From the NCBI GenBank assembly GCA_019359375.1, contig JAHHHL010000030.1, positions 14,341 to 78,340 of the forward strand: a DNA stretch of 64,000 bases. Reading direction: 5' to 3'. Under the pieces are notes generated by a model. That model did no database searches. It worked only from the letters and a program-made list of their open reading frames with translations, and was not told where the DNA came from. Below, in pieces: positions 36,801 through 45,875 of this stretch. Numbering within the stretch: position 1 is the first letter of the stretch; the number at the start of each line of letters is the position of its first letter. Made by a program: the position numbers and the translations under genes. The DNA comes from Lyngbya sp. HA4199-MV5 (GTDB lineage: Bacteria > Cyanobacteriota > Cyanobacteriia > Leptolyngbyales > Leptolyngbyaceae).

Positions 36801-38033
36801 CTACCATTTCTTCTTCTGCCTAATCTGATCCACAACAAACCTTGCCGATATCAGGTTCTCGAACGCTTCCGGATATCGCTCTACCAATGCTTCCAGCAGG
36901 CGCTGATCGCAGTCTCGATTAGAGCTGACTGTCAATCCTTCGGGTAGAGCCACATTGCACAGTAACGGTAGCTTTTCTCCCTCTAGTTGTTGTTGAGTAA
37001 GATTTTGGGCGTTCTGAAGGTCTGTACAGAGCAAGAGTGCCTCCTGGAGATTTGCCTCATGAAGGTCTGCCCTTTGGAGATCAGCCTCTATAAGGTTTGC
37101 CCCTTGTAGCTTCGTCTTTATAAGGTGTGTCTCTTGAAGATTCGCACCACTAAGCTCTGCCTTCCGAAGATTCGCGCCACTAAGGTCTGCTAGATGAAGA
37201 ATGGCACTCGTAAGGTCTGCCTTTTCAAGCTGTGCCCCTTGGAGTTCCGCCCCCTTGAGGTCTGCCAATTGGAGATTTGATTCAACAAGGTCTACCTTCT
37301 GAAGATTCGCCCCCTGGAGATTTGCTCGTCTCAGGTCTGTTTTGTGTAAGTCGATCGGGTAGTGCTCCCAATCCGTATCCTTGTGTTTACGCCTACTCAA
37401 TACAGTTAAAGCGGCTTGGATGTCAGTTGGTAAGGAGGGGATTTCGTCGTGCTGTTCCCCAACTTCCGCTGTTGGCTGTTCGATTGGTTGTGAAGAAATC
37501 GTTGACTCTTTCTCCACCTGCTTTCGGAGTGGATAGGGTGAATTCTGCCGCACGAAGGCAGTCAGAACCTCTAAGACCTGCCTGTAATTCTCGTCAATCT
37601 TGTCATCGCTGGAGTCAAGTGCAATACTTTCCAGCGCATAAATGCCTCCTAGCCGGAGATGGATGCTTTTGTCGCTGCTCATCATGTCTACGGCTTTGCT
37701 GAACCGCTCCATCGTCAGTCGTGCCTCGGCTAACTTTGCGTCAGCTTTAGCCTTTTCTGTTTCCTGCTCCAGTTTCTTCTGGGCAAGTTCAGCGCTTCGA
37801 TTCGCGACTCTGAAATTCAGGAAAAGTACGACACCCCCAGCAATGGTGGCGATCGTCTTTACAAAGTCCAGCGAGGCATCGAATTGACGTTTCGTACCTT
37901 CTAACGGCTTTTTCTGAAGGTCTACCCAGTTCCATACGGCTGCTACTACGGAGACAAGCAACACAGTAGCTAAGACAGTTAATCCAATGAGCTTCAACTT
38001 GTTCTTGTCTTTCTTTTCCTCGGTTTCTCTCAT
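36801..38033 (-). CDS. Pentapeptide-repeat membrane protein
   Basis: Two N-terminal TM segments, ERFSKAVDM...RLGGIYALE, TDIQAALTVL, A(N/D)L.GA.L repeats. Confidence 0.9.
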   Translation of the reverse strand: MRETEEKKDKNKLKLIGLTVLATVLLVSVVAAVWNWVDLQKKPLEGTKRQFDASLDFVKTIATIAGGVVLFLNFRVANRSAELAQKKLEQETEKAKADAKLAEARLTMERFSKAVDMMSSDKSIHLRLGGIYALESIALDSSDDKIDENYRQVLEVLTAFVRQNSPYPLRKQVEKESTISSQPIEQPTAEVGEQHDEIPSLPTDIQAALTVLSRRKHKDTDWEHYPIDLHKTDLRRANLQGANLQKVDLVESNLQLADLKGAELQGAQLEKADLTSAILHLADLSGANLRKAELSGANLQETHLIKTKLQGANLIEADLQRADLHEANLQEALLLCTDLQNAQNLTQQQLEGEKLPLLCNVALPEGLTVSSNRDCDQRLLEALVERYPEAFENLISARFVVDQIRQKKKW

Positions 38034-38061
38034 ATCTTGTGTTGCTGTCTTGCATCCGTAA

Positions 38062-38200
38062 ACATTGCCAATGTGACCACATCGATCACGAATGTAAGTC
38101 CTTACATTACGATGTCACCGCGTCGATCTCGAATGGATTGTGATCGATCTCGAATGTATGCCCTTACATTGCCAATGTCACCGTGTTGATTACGATTTGA
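38062..38200. repeat. 21-bp periodic array (A/B alternating units)
   Basis: A=ACATTGCCAATGTSACC.., B=CGATCWCGAATGTA..CCTT; six to seven units. Confidence 0.75.
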
Positions 38201-38239
38201 TATCAATTTAAAGAATGACGGCTACAGATCAATCGCTGA

Positions 38240-38268
38240 GTAAGGGCAAGGCAGTGCCTTGCCCTTAC
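38240..38268. repeat. REP-like perfect palindrome
   Basis: GTAAGGGCAAGGCA-G-TGCCTTGCCCTTAC. Confidence 0.75.
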
Positions 38269-38344
38269 AGGATGTGTCGCATTTGCAATTTAAATTGCTC
38301 TGAAAATGCGGTTATTCACACCCTACACCCCACACCCCTTTCAT

Positions 38345-38430
38345 TCCTTGGGGTGCTGAAACATCAGCATGAATGATTGGTATGAGATAGTAAATCAGGC
38401 TGAGCGCCTGATTGGTCTAAGCGGAGGCAT
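38345..38430 (-). pseudogene. HicA-like toxin remnant
   Basis: MPPLRPIRRS/(shift)LIYYL.IPIIHADVS resembles HicA N-terminus MPPLGPIKRRDLIYYL; frameshifted and internally deleted. Confidence 0.45.
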
Positions 38431-38575
38431 TATGCAACCTCAGATTCAAGCGCCTGAATATAGCGTTCGCCCACACGCCCTGAAAGCCAGGGATCGAGCC
38501 AAAGAAGCCTTCGTCGTCTTCCAAGATCTCGTATGTTGCTTTGCTCATTGCGAGCTTGATGTATTCAGCAAACAT
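38417..38575 (-). pseudogene. Truncated HicB-family antitoxin
   Basis: MFAEYIKLAMSKATYEILEDDEGFFGSIPGFQGVWANA is a recognisable HicB N-terminus, then diverges; 52 aa; TAATG-coupled to upstream gene; not in ORF track. Confidence 0.7.
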
Positions 38576-38787
38576 TAGTTTCTCCGTTCTGCATCGCGGC
38601 GAAATTGTTCTAGCACTTCGGGATAATTCTCCAGATCATCAAGGGATTTTAAGGGGGGAAAGGTTACCCGATCGCCCTCAGCACTGATCTGATCCATGTA
38701 CGCATGAAAAGCTTCGTTATCGTCCCGGTGAGCCAGCACGTAGGCTCGTAGTTCGCTCTTATTCATTGCCTGGAAGTTCGGTTTCAT
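38575..38787 (-). CDS. DUF6887-like small protein
   Basis: MKPNFQAMNKSELRAYVLAHRDDNEAF; homolog of 22244-22456. Confidence 0.8.
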   Translation of the reverse strand: MKPNFQAMNKSELRAYVLAHRDDNEAFHAYMDQISAEGDRVTFPPLKSLDDLENYPEVLEQFRRDAERRN

Positions 38788-38789
38788 CG

Positions 38790-38961
38790 CTACTTGCTCC
38801 ATACACCGTTTGGTCCGATTTCAATTTCAATGTCCTCTCCTGCAAGAATGAACACCTTGTTGGTGCGCTCATCAATGCGGACAAGGTTCACTGATACGTA
38901 CATTTTTGTTAGCCAGTAACAAAGGACGAAGCTTTGGAAAAACCTGCTCTGTTGTAGGAAT
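38790..38961 (-). pseudogene. DUF6888-like gene, frameshifted
   Basis: IPTTEQV/(shift at A5 38938-38942)FQSFVLCYWLTKMYVSVNLVRIDERTNKVFILAGEDIEIEIGPNG; homolog of 22056-22247; no ATG at expected start. Confidence 0.7.
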
Positions 38962-39107
38962 AGCCCAATCTCCTTGACACACCCTTTTTATTTGAAGTTT
39001 AGCATTCTGGCAATTGTTGCGTTCTGAGATGGGCGTATCACAAGTCACCGCTTCAACGCTCACTTGTGGAATATTGGTGGAGAGAGTAACCAGACCAGAA
39101 AAACCTT

Positions 39108-40514
39108 ATGACGAACTCAGAAGCGTATCGCGTCGAGAAAGATTCGATGGGCGATCGCCAGCTCCCCAACACCGCCTACTACGGCATTCAAACGCTACGA
39201 GCGATCGAAAACTTTCCGATTAGCGGGTTGAAGCCCCTGCCAACCTATGTCGATGCCTGTGTGTTGATTAAAAAGGCAACCGCGATCGCCAATGGGGAAC
39301 TCCACTGCATCACGCCCGACATCAGTGAGGCGATCGTGCAGGCAGCGGATGAGGTGCTGAACGGAAAACTGCGCGATCAGTTTGTGGTAGATGTGTATCA
39401 AGCGGGTGCGGGCACGTCACATCATATGAATGTCAATGAGGTGCTGGCAAATCGAGCGCTCGAACTTCTGGGCGACGTGAAGGGCAATTACAAGCGGCTG
39501 AACCCCAACGACCATGTGAATTATGGGCAATCTACCAACGACGTGATCCCCACTGCAATTCGGATTGGCGGGTTGTTAGCGCTAGAGCGATCGCTGTATC
39601 CAGCTTTGACAAGCGCGATCGCGGCACTGGAGGCAAAAGCGCAGGAATTTCATGACGTGATTCGCTCTGGTAGAACCCATTTACAGGACGCAGTTCCCGT
39701 GCGGTTGGGTGACAACTTTCGCGCCTGGGCACAGATTTTGAGCGAACATTTAATCCGTATCGAAACCGCATCCAAGGATCTCATGATTCTCGGTTTGGGT
39801 GGTAGCGCGGCAGGAACGGGACTCAACACCCATCCTCAATATCGCTTTCGTGTGGCGGAGATTCTATCGGATTTGATCGATCAGCCCTTGCGGCCTGCCC
39901 CACATCTCATGGCAGCGATGCAAAGTATGGCTCCCTTTGTGAATGTCTCTGGCTCCTTACGCAACCTGGCGCAAGATTGCGTCAAAATCTCCCACGATCT
40001 ACGCCTGCTCGATTCGGGACCCAAAACAGGCTTTAAGGAAATTCAACTGCCGCCTGTCCAGCCGGGATCGTCCATCATGCCTGGAAAGTACAATCCCGTG
40101 ATGGCTGAGATGACTTCGCAGGTGTGTTTTCAGGTCATGGGCTACGATACCGCGATCGCCTTCGCCGCACAAGCCGGACAACTCGAACTCAATGTCATGA
40201 TGCCGCTCATTGCCTACGACTTGATTCACAGCATCGAGATTCTCGGCAACACGATCGCGTCTCTAGCTGAGAAAGGGATCAAAGGCATTACCGCCAACCG
40301 CGATCGATGTCTTGCCTATGCCGAAGGTAGTTTGGCATTAGTGACGGCACTCAACACCCACATTGGCTATCTCAACGCCGCTGCTGTGGCAAAAGAATCG
40401 CTAGAAACGGGTAAATCCCTGCGCGAAATCGTGCTGGAGCGGGGCTTGATGGATGCCAAAACGCTGGCAGACGTGCTGAATCTGGAACAAATGAGCCAGC
40501 TTCCAGAGGCGTAA
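39108..40514 (+). CDS. aspA: Aspartate ammonia-lyase / class II fumarase family
   Basis: YYGIQTLRA.ENF, QAGAGTSHHMN.NEV, GRTHLQDA, GSSIMPGK.NP signature; aspA vs fumC not resolved. Confidence 0.85.
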   Translation: MTNSEAYRVEKDSMGDRQLPNTAYYGIQTLRAIENFPISGLKPLPTYVDACVLIKKATAIANGELHCITPDISEAIVQAADEVLNGKLRDQFVVDVYQAGAGTSHHMNVNEVLANRALELLGDVKGNYKRLNPNDHVNYGQSTNDVIPTAIRIGGLLALERSLYPALTSAIAALEAKAQEFHDVIRSGRTHLQDAVPVRLGDNFRAWAQILSEHLIRIETASKDLMILGLGGSAAGTGLNTHPQYRFRVAEILSDLIDQPLRPAPHLMAAMQSMAPFVNVSGSLRNLAQDCVKISHDLRLLDSGPKTGFKEIQLPPVQPGSSIMPGKYNPVMAEMTSQVCFQVMGYDTAIAFAAQAGQLELNVMMPLIAYDLIHSIEILGNTIASLAEKGIKGITANRDRCLAYAEGSLALVTALNTHIGYLNAAAVAKESLETGKSLREIVLERGLMDAKTLADVLNLEQMSQLPEA

Positions 40515-40774
40515 GTTATTTTTGCCTTCTGCCTTCTGCCTCTTATCCCCCGATCACGTAAAACTCAACGTTCAAAATGCTGAACTTTTGAATGCGGTCA
40601 GTACAATGCTAGTTATGTCGTTCGTGGATAGCTTCGACGATCGGCAACCAGTCAGCCAACCGCAGTTTTCTGAAGTTGGAAACCCAGAGTCGCTATTGTG
40701 GGTGGTGCGCCAGGTGGGTAAGGTAAGGCAAACTCTTTTAAGAGGGCGTTTAGAACGACTGGGATGACAACCTC

Positions 40775-41731
40775 ATGGTCTTGACTCAAACGATGGTATT
40801 GGCTGACGTATTAGAAACCGAGTGGCGATCGCGCTTAGAGGCAGAGATTCCACATCACAGTGCTGCGACACGCGAGAGCATCGTGCGCTGGCTCATGGGC
40901 GACAATCTGGCTCGGTTTGAAGACCTGACCCCCACGTCACGGCAGGTTGCAGAGCAAGCAATGGATTACCGCTATCGGATTCTGCGTCAGCGCTACCTCG
41001 ATTTTGGTCCTGAACGCGCGTACAAAAGCTTGATTCAACGTCTCAGCAGTCTGTTTCTCATTCGTAACAAGATTCGCACCTGGATCGCCCTCTCGCGCGA
41101 TCGTCAGCGTTCTGTAGTGGATGTGCTGCAAGAAGTCATTCAAGAACTGCTGCAAACCGATAGCTACATGCAGCAGCAGATTCTGTGGATTTCCAAATGC
41201 ACTCACGATGCACGCTTGCGGAATGCTTTGCTGCTAGCGAGTACCGAAGAATACTGCCTGCGTCCCATTCGCAATCAACCCCTGCTGTCCTACCGTTTTG
41301 TGAACTATCTGCGCCGTTCTCAACGCGGTGGCATGACGCAGGTTCCAGCCCAAGAGTTTATCCGCTTAGTGTCTGAAGAAATTTCGCCAGATGAATCGGA
41401 AGGCTCTGTGAGTCTCCTGGATGCTCAAGCCGTTTCTCAATATCAGGATGCTCAGGCGGCAGAAGAACAACAAGAGCTGCGTGCTGCCGTTTGCCAACGC
41501 TTTGAAGCATATCTGCTGGATAAACTTGGTCCCACAGCGGCAGAATGGTTGCGGCTCTATCTTCAGGGACGGTCACAAGAGGCGATCGCTGAAGCGTTAG
41601 ATATGCCTGTCCGTCAGGTCTATCGCCTGCGTGAAAAGATCAACTACCATGCCGTCCGTGTTTTCGCCTCTAAAAGTCAGCAAGATCTGGTGGTTGCCTG
41701 GTTAGGGAACGCGTCAGAGCGAGACGGCTAG
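40775..41731 (+). CDS. HetZ-related DNA-binding protein
   Basis: RYRILRQRYL, W..LSRDR.R.V.DVLQEVIQE, EEYC.RPIRNQPL..YRFVNYL, C-terminal sigma-like HTH. Confidence 0.75.
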   Translation: MVLTQTMVLADVLETEWRSRLEAEIPHHSAATRESIVRWLMGDNLARFEDLTPTSRQVAEQAMDYRYRILRQRYLDFGPERAYKSLIQRLSSLFLIRNKIRTWIALSRDRQRSVVDVLQEVIQELLQTDSYMQQQILWISKCTHDARLRNALLLASTEEYCLRPIRNQPLLSYRFVNYLRRSQRGGMTQVPAQEFIRLVSEEISPDESEGSVSLLDAQAVSQYQDAQAAEEQQELRAAVCQRFEAYLLDKLGPTAAEWLRLYLQGRSQEAIAEALDMPVRQVYRLREKINYHAVRVFASKSQQDLVVAWLGNASERDG

Positions 41732-42111
41732 GCTCCTGCGATCGAACTGTGAAGTAAGTCACTAGAGCAAGAACCCATCTACCTTTTTGCAATAAGCTAG
41801 ACTTGATTGACTGCCTCATTCGATGAGCACTTCAACGGTTGCGACGGATTGCTTGCTTGTAGCTGCTGCGATCGATTGAAGTGACCCTCAGAGCAATGAG
41901 TGGTGGTTTGGCAGGTTGATTAGTGCATCTCCAGGTTCGTTTGGTTAAAGCCCTTTTGCTCCTTAGGTAAGGGTTTATTGCTTTGGTTCGTTCGCAGCGT
42001 GCCTGTGACTCCAACTCAACCGTTACGAGACTGTTAACCGCAAAGGGTGTGCTAGATACATAAAGCACTGGGGCAATCTAGAGACCAAGTACACAGGTTC
42101 AGCGCACTCCT

Positions 42112-43530
42112 ATGGTGTCTTCACCGGGCGACCAAATTGAAGCACAGATGGCAGATTCTCAAGACTTTGCGGTTTCAGCTAAGCCCAGAGCCGATTGGAC
42201 TGCCCATCTTGATACCGAACAAGTTTTTCGTCTCATTGATAGCATTCTTCCGTTTGAGGCGTGTCTTTATCACCAACTGCTGCCGCTCTCCCTGGAAGGC
42301 AGTCGTCTCAAACTGGGTATGGTTAACCTGGAAGATGCCGCCGCTCTAGACTATGTGCGCCGTATTCTGGCTTACATGAACTGCTCACTCACGCCTCAAA
42401 CGCTGGCAACCGATGTGCATCATGCAGCACTGTCGGCGTATCTAAGCTATACGGGTAGCCAACGTCAGCCCAGCCGCCCCAAACCCACTGCTGTACGCGC
42501 GATCGCCGAACACACGGGGCAACGGTTGTCCGCTCAGGATGCGGCTAAAAAGGTTACGGCAGAAAGTCCTAAGGCAGAAGCCGCTGAAGCGAAAGCCCAT
42601 CTTGATCAAAACGCTCACCCGACTTTACTCGTTGATAGCCCAGAAGACCTTAACTTCTACGATTTAGACCTTGCAACGCCTGAAGCGCTTCCGGCGATCG
42701 TGCCGTCTTCCTTGGTCGAAGCCGATGGGGCACCGGACGCGCGATCGCCAGCGCCTACCGAGCAGGAGACACAGGCTGATCACCTAACACCCGTGCCCAG
42801 TGATTTCGATCGTCTTCGGGAAACGTTCATCCTCAAAGCAGAGCGTCCGCCTACGGCAGCTAATCTACCAGAATTCCCTCCTCCTGGTGATGCTTTACCC
42901 ATTTTGCCTGTAGAGCCAAAGCATCTGACTGAACCTGTAGCCGCTCTTTCTGCCCTGCCGCCCTCAGAATTGCTGGTTGAACTGTTGGGGCGACTGCTTG
43001 TCGGTGGCATTGGGCGCTTGTATTTTGAGCGACAGGCGCAGCATGGTCGCATTTTGTGGAGCCAGAACGGTGTCTTGCAATCGGTGTTAGAAAACCTGCC
43101 GCTGGACGTGATTCAAGGTGTGGTCAATGAGCTAAAACTGCTGACTCACCTCCCTTTGATACCCATTCAAAAGCCGAAACAAGTTGAAATTGAGCGGCTG
43201 TATCAAAAGCAGCGCCTACTACTACGGTTGCGCGTCATGCCCGGTGCCAATGGCGAAGAAGCGACTGTGCAAGTGCTACGGGGTGCAGCGCTGAAGTTTT
43301 ACCAGCAGCAACAGTTGGCAAGCCTCAGCCGCGATACGCTAGCGATCGCGCAAGACCTCAAGCAAAAAGTGAACGAAATCCGCATCCGCACCCGCTTTTA
43401 CCCACTGCACAGTCCTGAGCAGTTGAGCCTTTTGCCGACGCTCGATCAAGTCATCACAAACCTTGAGCAACAGCTTGAAGCACTGAAGGCACTCAGGCTC
43501 GCTCAAACCCCAGATCAAGCAGCAGAATGA
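42112..43530 (+). CDS. PilB/GspE N-terminal-domain protein lacking the ATPase domain
   Basis: LPFEACLYHQLLPL...L.LGMVN.ED, low-complexity linker, GIGRLYFE...LLRLRV; no Walker A seen. Confidence 0.7.
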   Translation: MVSSPGDQIEAQMADSQDFAVSAKPRADWTAHLDTEQVFRLIDSILPFEACLYHQLLPLSLEGSRLKLGMVNLEDAAALDYVRRILAYMNCSLTPQTLATDVHHAALSAYLSYTGSQRQPSRPKPTAVRAIAEHTGQRLSAQDAAKKVTAESPKAEAAEAKAHLDQNAHPTLLVDSPEDLNFYDLDLATPEALPAIVPSSLVEADGAPDARSPAPTEQETQADHLTPVPSDFDRLRETFILKAERPPTAANLPEFPPPGDALPILPVEPKHLTEPVAALSALPPSELLVELLGRLLVGGIGRLYFERQAQHGRILWSQNGVLQSVLENLPLDVIQGVVNELKLLTHLPLIPIQKPKQVEIERLYQKQRLLLRLRVMPGANGEEATVQVLRGAALKFYQQQQLASLSRDTLAIAQDLKQKVNEIRIRTRFYPLHSPEQLSLLPTLDQVITNLEQQLEALKALRLAQTPDQAAE

Positions 43531-43591
43531 GGTCAACGGTAGGTGAAGGTTTAATTGACGCGCGATCGTTCCGTCCCTGCGTTGGCGACTT

Positions 43592-43906
43592 TTAGCGTCG
43601 GTGCGGCGATCGCGCTTTGCCAACCTCGCCGGATGGTGGACTCGTCTGCATTGATAGCTTGCGACGGTAGCTGTATTGACCGTACACGTTTACCAGGTAC
43701 GGCATGGCGTAAGTGGCAATCACTGAAAGCCAGCGATCGAGGGTCATTTCACCGCGTAACAGCGCCAGCCCGTGATTGATGATAAAGAGTAAAGATCCCA
43801 CAAAGATAGCGGTCTTCAAACCCGTGGCGATAAATTCTGGATCGAACAGACTGAGCAGGTAGCCTTTGACCATTCGCATCAACCCGTTTGCTCCAAATGT
43901 TGTCAA
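43592..43906 (-). CDS. nrtS: Nitrate/nitrite transporter NrtS-like small membrane protein
   Basis: A.FVGSLLF.INHG.AL......RW.S...TY..PY.V..YG pattern. Confidence 0.75.
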   Translation of the reverse strand: MTTFGANGLMRMVKGYLLSLFDPEFIATGLKTAIFVGSLLFIINHGLALLRGEMTLDRWLSVIATYAMPYLVNVYGQYSYRRKLSMQTSPPSGEVGKARSPHRR

Positions 43907-44790
43907 ACAAACTCACCTCGCGCAATCAATTGCACGCGTCCACCAACCGATACTCGAATCGTAGTCGTTGTTTGGGACGCTCTTAGTAGCAAGAGTGACG
44001 GTCTACCGATTTCATAGCCTTGCTCAACGCGCAGATCAATAGATGTATGACCAAAGTAACGGTGTTGCACAAGATACCCTGCCAGACAACCATTGGCACT
44101 ACCCGTTGCTGGATCTTCGGGAATTCCCAGTGAATCGGCAAACACGCGCACGCTCAATTGATTTTCAGGATGATACGTCTCTGGACAAAAGGCGAGGATT
44201 TCTTTTGCCTGGGCCTGTTCAATGAAGGCAAAGTAGCGATCTTTGTTGACTTTGATTTGCCTCAAAGCTTGATGAGATTTGAGCGGCATGATGATAAATG
44301 GAACACCCGTTGAAACATCTTGAATGGGAAAATTGGCATCAAGATCAGCAACATTTAGATTGAGAATTGGTGCAATCGCGTCTGCTGCAAATGTTTCTCC
44401 AAAAACAGGCGATCGCTGCTCCATCCACAGCACATCTGCCACACCATTGTTGTAAAGAATGTTAACCGGAATTTGCCCAACACCCAGATTAAGCACGATC
44501 GTTTCAACTGCTTTTTGAAGGATGTCATGCTGCAAAATAAACGCCGTTCCCAAGGTTGGATGTCCGGCAAACGGTAGTTCTTTTGCTGGGGTAAAAATGC
44601 GTACATCATACCCACCCGATCGTGGTTCGGTTGATAGAATGAACGTCGTTTCTGAGTAGTTCATCTCCTTTGCTAGCTGCTGCATCGCGCCCGTAGACAA
44701 CGAGCCAGCATCTGTGAAAACCGCTAATTGATTGCCTGCATACTTTGTTTCAGCAAACACATCCACAATATAAAACGGTAAAGCTGACAT
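43903..44790 (-). CDS. PhzF-family isomerase/epimerase
   Basis: VDVFA...YAGNQLAVF, MNYSETTF, ELPFAGHPTLG, EDPATGSA. Confidence 0.92.
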   Translation of the reverse strand: MSALPFYIVDVFAETKYAGNQLAVFTDAGSLSTGAMQQLAKEMNYSETTFILSTEPRSGGYDVRIFTPAKELPFAGHPTLGTAFILQHDILQKAVETIVLNLGVGQIPVNILYNNGVADVLWMEQRSPVFGETFAADAIAPILNLNVADLDANFPIQDVSTGVPFIIMPLKSHQALRQIKVNKDRYFAFIEQAQAKEILAFCPETYHPENQLSVRVFADSLGIPEDPATGSANGCLAGYLVQHRYFGHTSIDLRVEQGYEIGRPSLLLLRASQTTTTIRVSVGGRVQLIARGEFV

Positions 44791-44929
44791 AGTGCAATCC
44801 TTTGCGATCGATAAACATGATTTTGAACTTACAGCGTTTTCCAATTTGCTGAGGTACACCTTACTCCCTTGACTCCTTGACTCCCTGCATAGATCTGTAC
44901 TTCACTTGATTGAAGATTGCTGTAGCCAT

Positions 44930-45125
44930 CAGTCTAGGAGTTTTGAGTAGCGCTTTGCGCCGACAAGCTAGAGAGTTTTGAGTCGTTGGCTATTAGTGCA
45001 TGAGCCGTTCCTGCCTCCTTCTTAAAAACTAACAACCCCCTTGACTCCTGACTCCTGACTCCTCTCTAGTGGTTAGCAGTCAACTTTTTATCCTTTATCC
45101 TTCATCCTTTCCCCCTCCTTTTCCA
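44930..45125 (-). repeat. Composite STRR element copy C (inverted)
   Basis: Core on minus GAAGGAGGCAGGAACGGCTCATGCAC at 44996-45021; short arms and TCAAAACTC flank. Confidence 0.8.
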
Positions 45126-45247
45126 CATTAGGAAATAGCAAGTCACACATTTAGACCCAAACAATCACACAGAGAGAATGCGTAAATTATGGGGCTTTAT
45201 CTGAAGACATTTCATAGTGTAATTATCTTAGAAAAGGACCCCCCCTT

Positions 45248-45406
45248 ATGATTTCTTCACACACATCTCAACCAAACCAGAGTGCTTCGAGTGATGCCTC
45301 GATCGTCTTTCAAGCTGTACGTAAACCTAGACCCACCATGATTTGGGTGACGGAGACGGTAGGCGATCGCGCCCGTCTCGTTGCTCGGTGGACGACTCAA
45401 GACTAG
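45248..45406 (+). CDS. Small hypothetical protein (52 aa)
   Basis: ATG...TAG ORF ending MIWVTETVGDRARLVARWTTQD; below ORF-track cutoff. Confidence 0.45.
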   Translation: MISSHTSQPNQSASSDASIVFQAVRKPRPTMIWVTETVGDRARLVARWTTQD

Positions 45407-45553
45407 AAGTCCTCAGCTACAGTCAGCTCTCGACAAAAATCCTCCTGGTCATGAAGGACTCGGGAGGATTTTCCGTTTGCGAAGCTTTTGTGAACTTTAC
45501 CGAATTTTTCGTTGCCACCTGAAGAAAAGAGTAAACGTTGACGGGTAGGCAAA

Positions 45554-45685
45554 ATGGTCAGACTCATTGGCACAGGGCTGATTGCAGTTGGCGTAGTCGT
45601 TGTGTTGACTAATCCCATGCTGGTGCAAATCTGGGTTGCGGCGTTCGCGCTAGGTCTACTATCGCATTGGGTCGCGCAAAATTAG
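45554..45685 (+). CDS. Small hydrophobic membrane protein (43 aa)
   Basis: MVRLIGTGLIAVGVVVVLTNPMLVQIWVAAFALGLLSHWVAQN, helix-NP-helix hairpin. Confidence 0.45.
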   Translation: MVRLIGTGLIAVGVVVVLTNPMLVQIWVAAFALGLLSHWVAQN

Positions 45686-45835
45686 TAGAAGGCAGAGGGC
45701 AAGGGAGGTTTTTAGTTGTTAGTTTTTAGTTGTTAGAGGAAGTCAGGAACGGCTCAGGCACTAACAACGAACAACCAACAACCAACAACTGTCAAAACTC
45801 ACAGGCTGACCGCTGACTGCCAAACCTTCCTGGAC
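45686..45835 (+). repeat. Composite STRR element copy D
   Basis: Core GAGGAAGTCAGGAACGGCTCAGGCAC at 45736-45761 between (GTTGTTA/GTTTTTA)n and (TAACAAC/CAACAAC)n. Confidence 0.85.
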
Positions 45836-45875
45836 TCCTGTAAAATGACAGAAATTGCCGCGACTAGAGGAACCA

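Noticed and set aside
38062-38200. Considered as a CRISPR array
   Set aside because: Contiguous 21-bp units without unique spacers; no cas genes
38369-38578. 69-aa plus-strand ORF in the track
   Set aside because: Antisense to the recognisable hicB remnant
41732-42110. 380-bp intergenic region checked for a riboswitch or ncRNA upstream of the PilB-like gene
   Set aside because: No recognisable c-di-GMP or other riboswitch consensus by eye; needs an Infernal/Rfam scan
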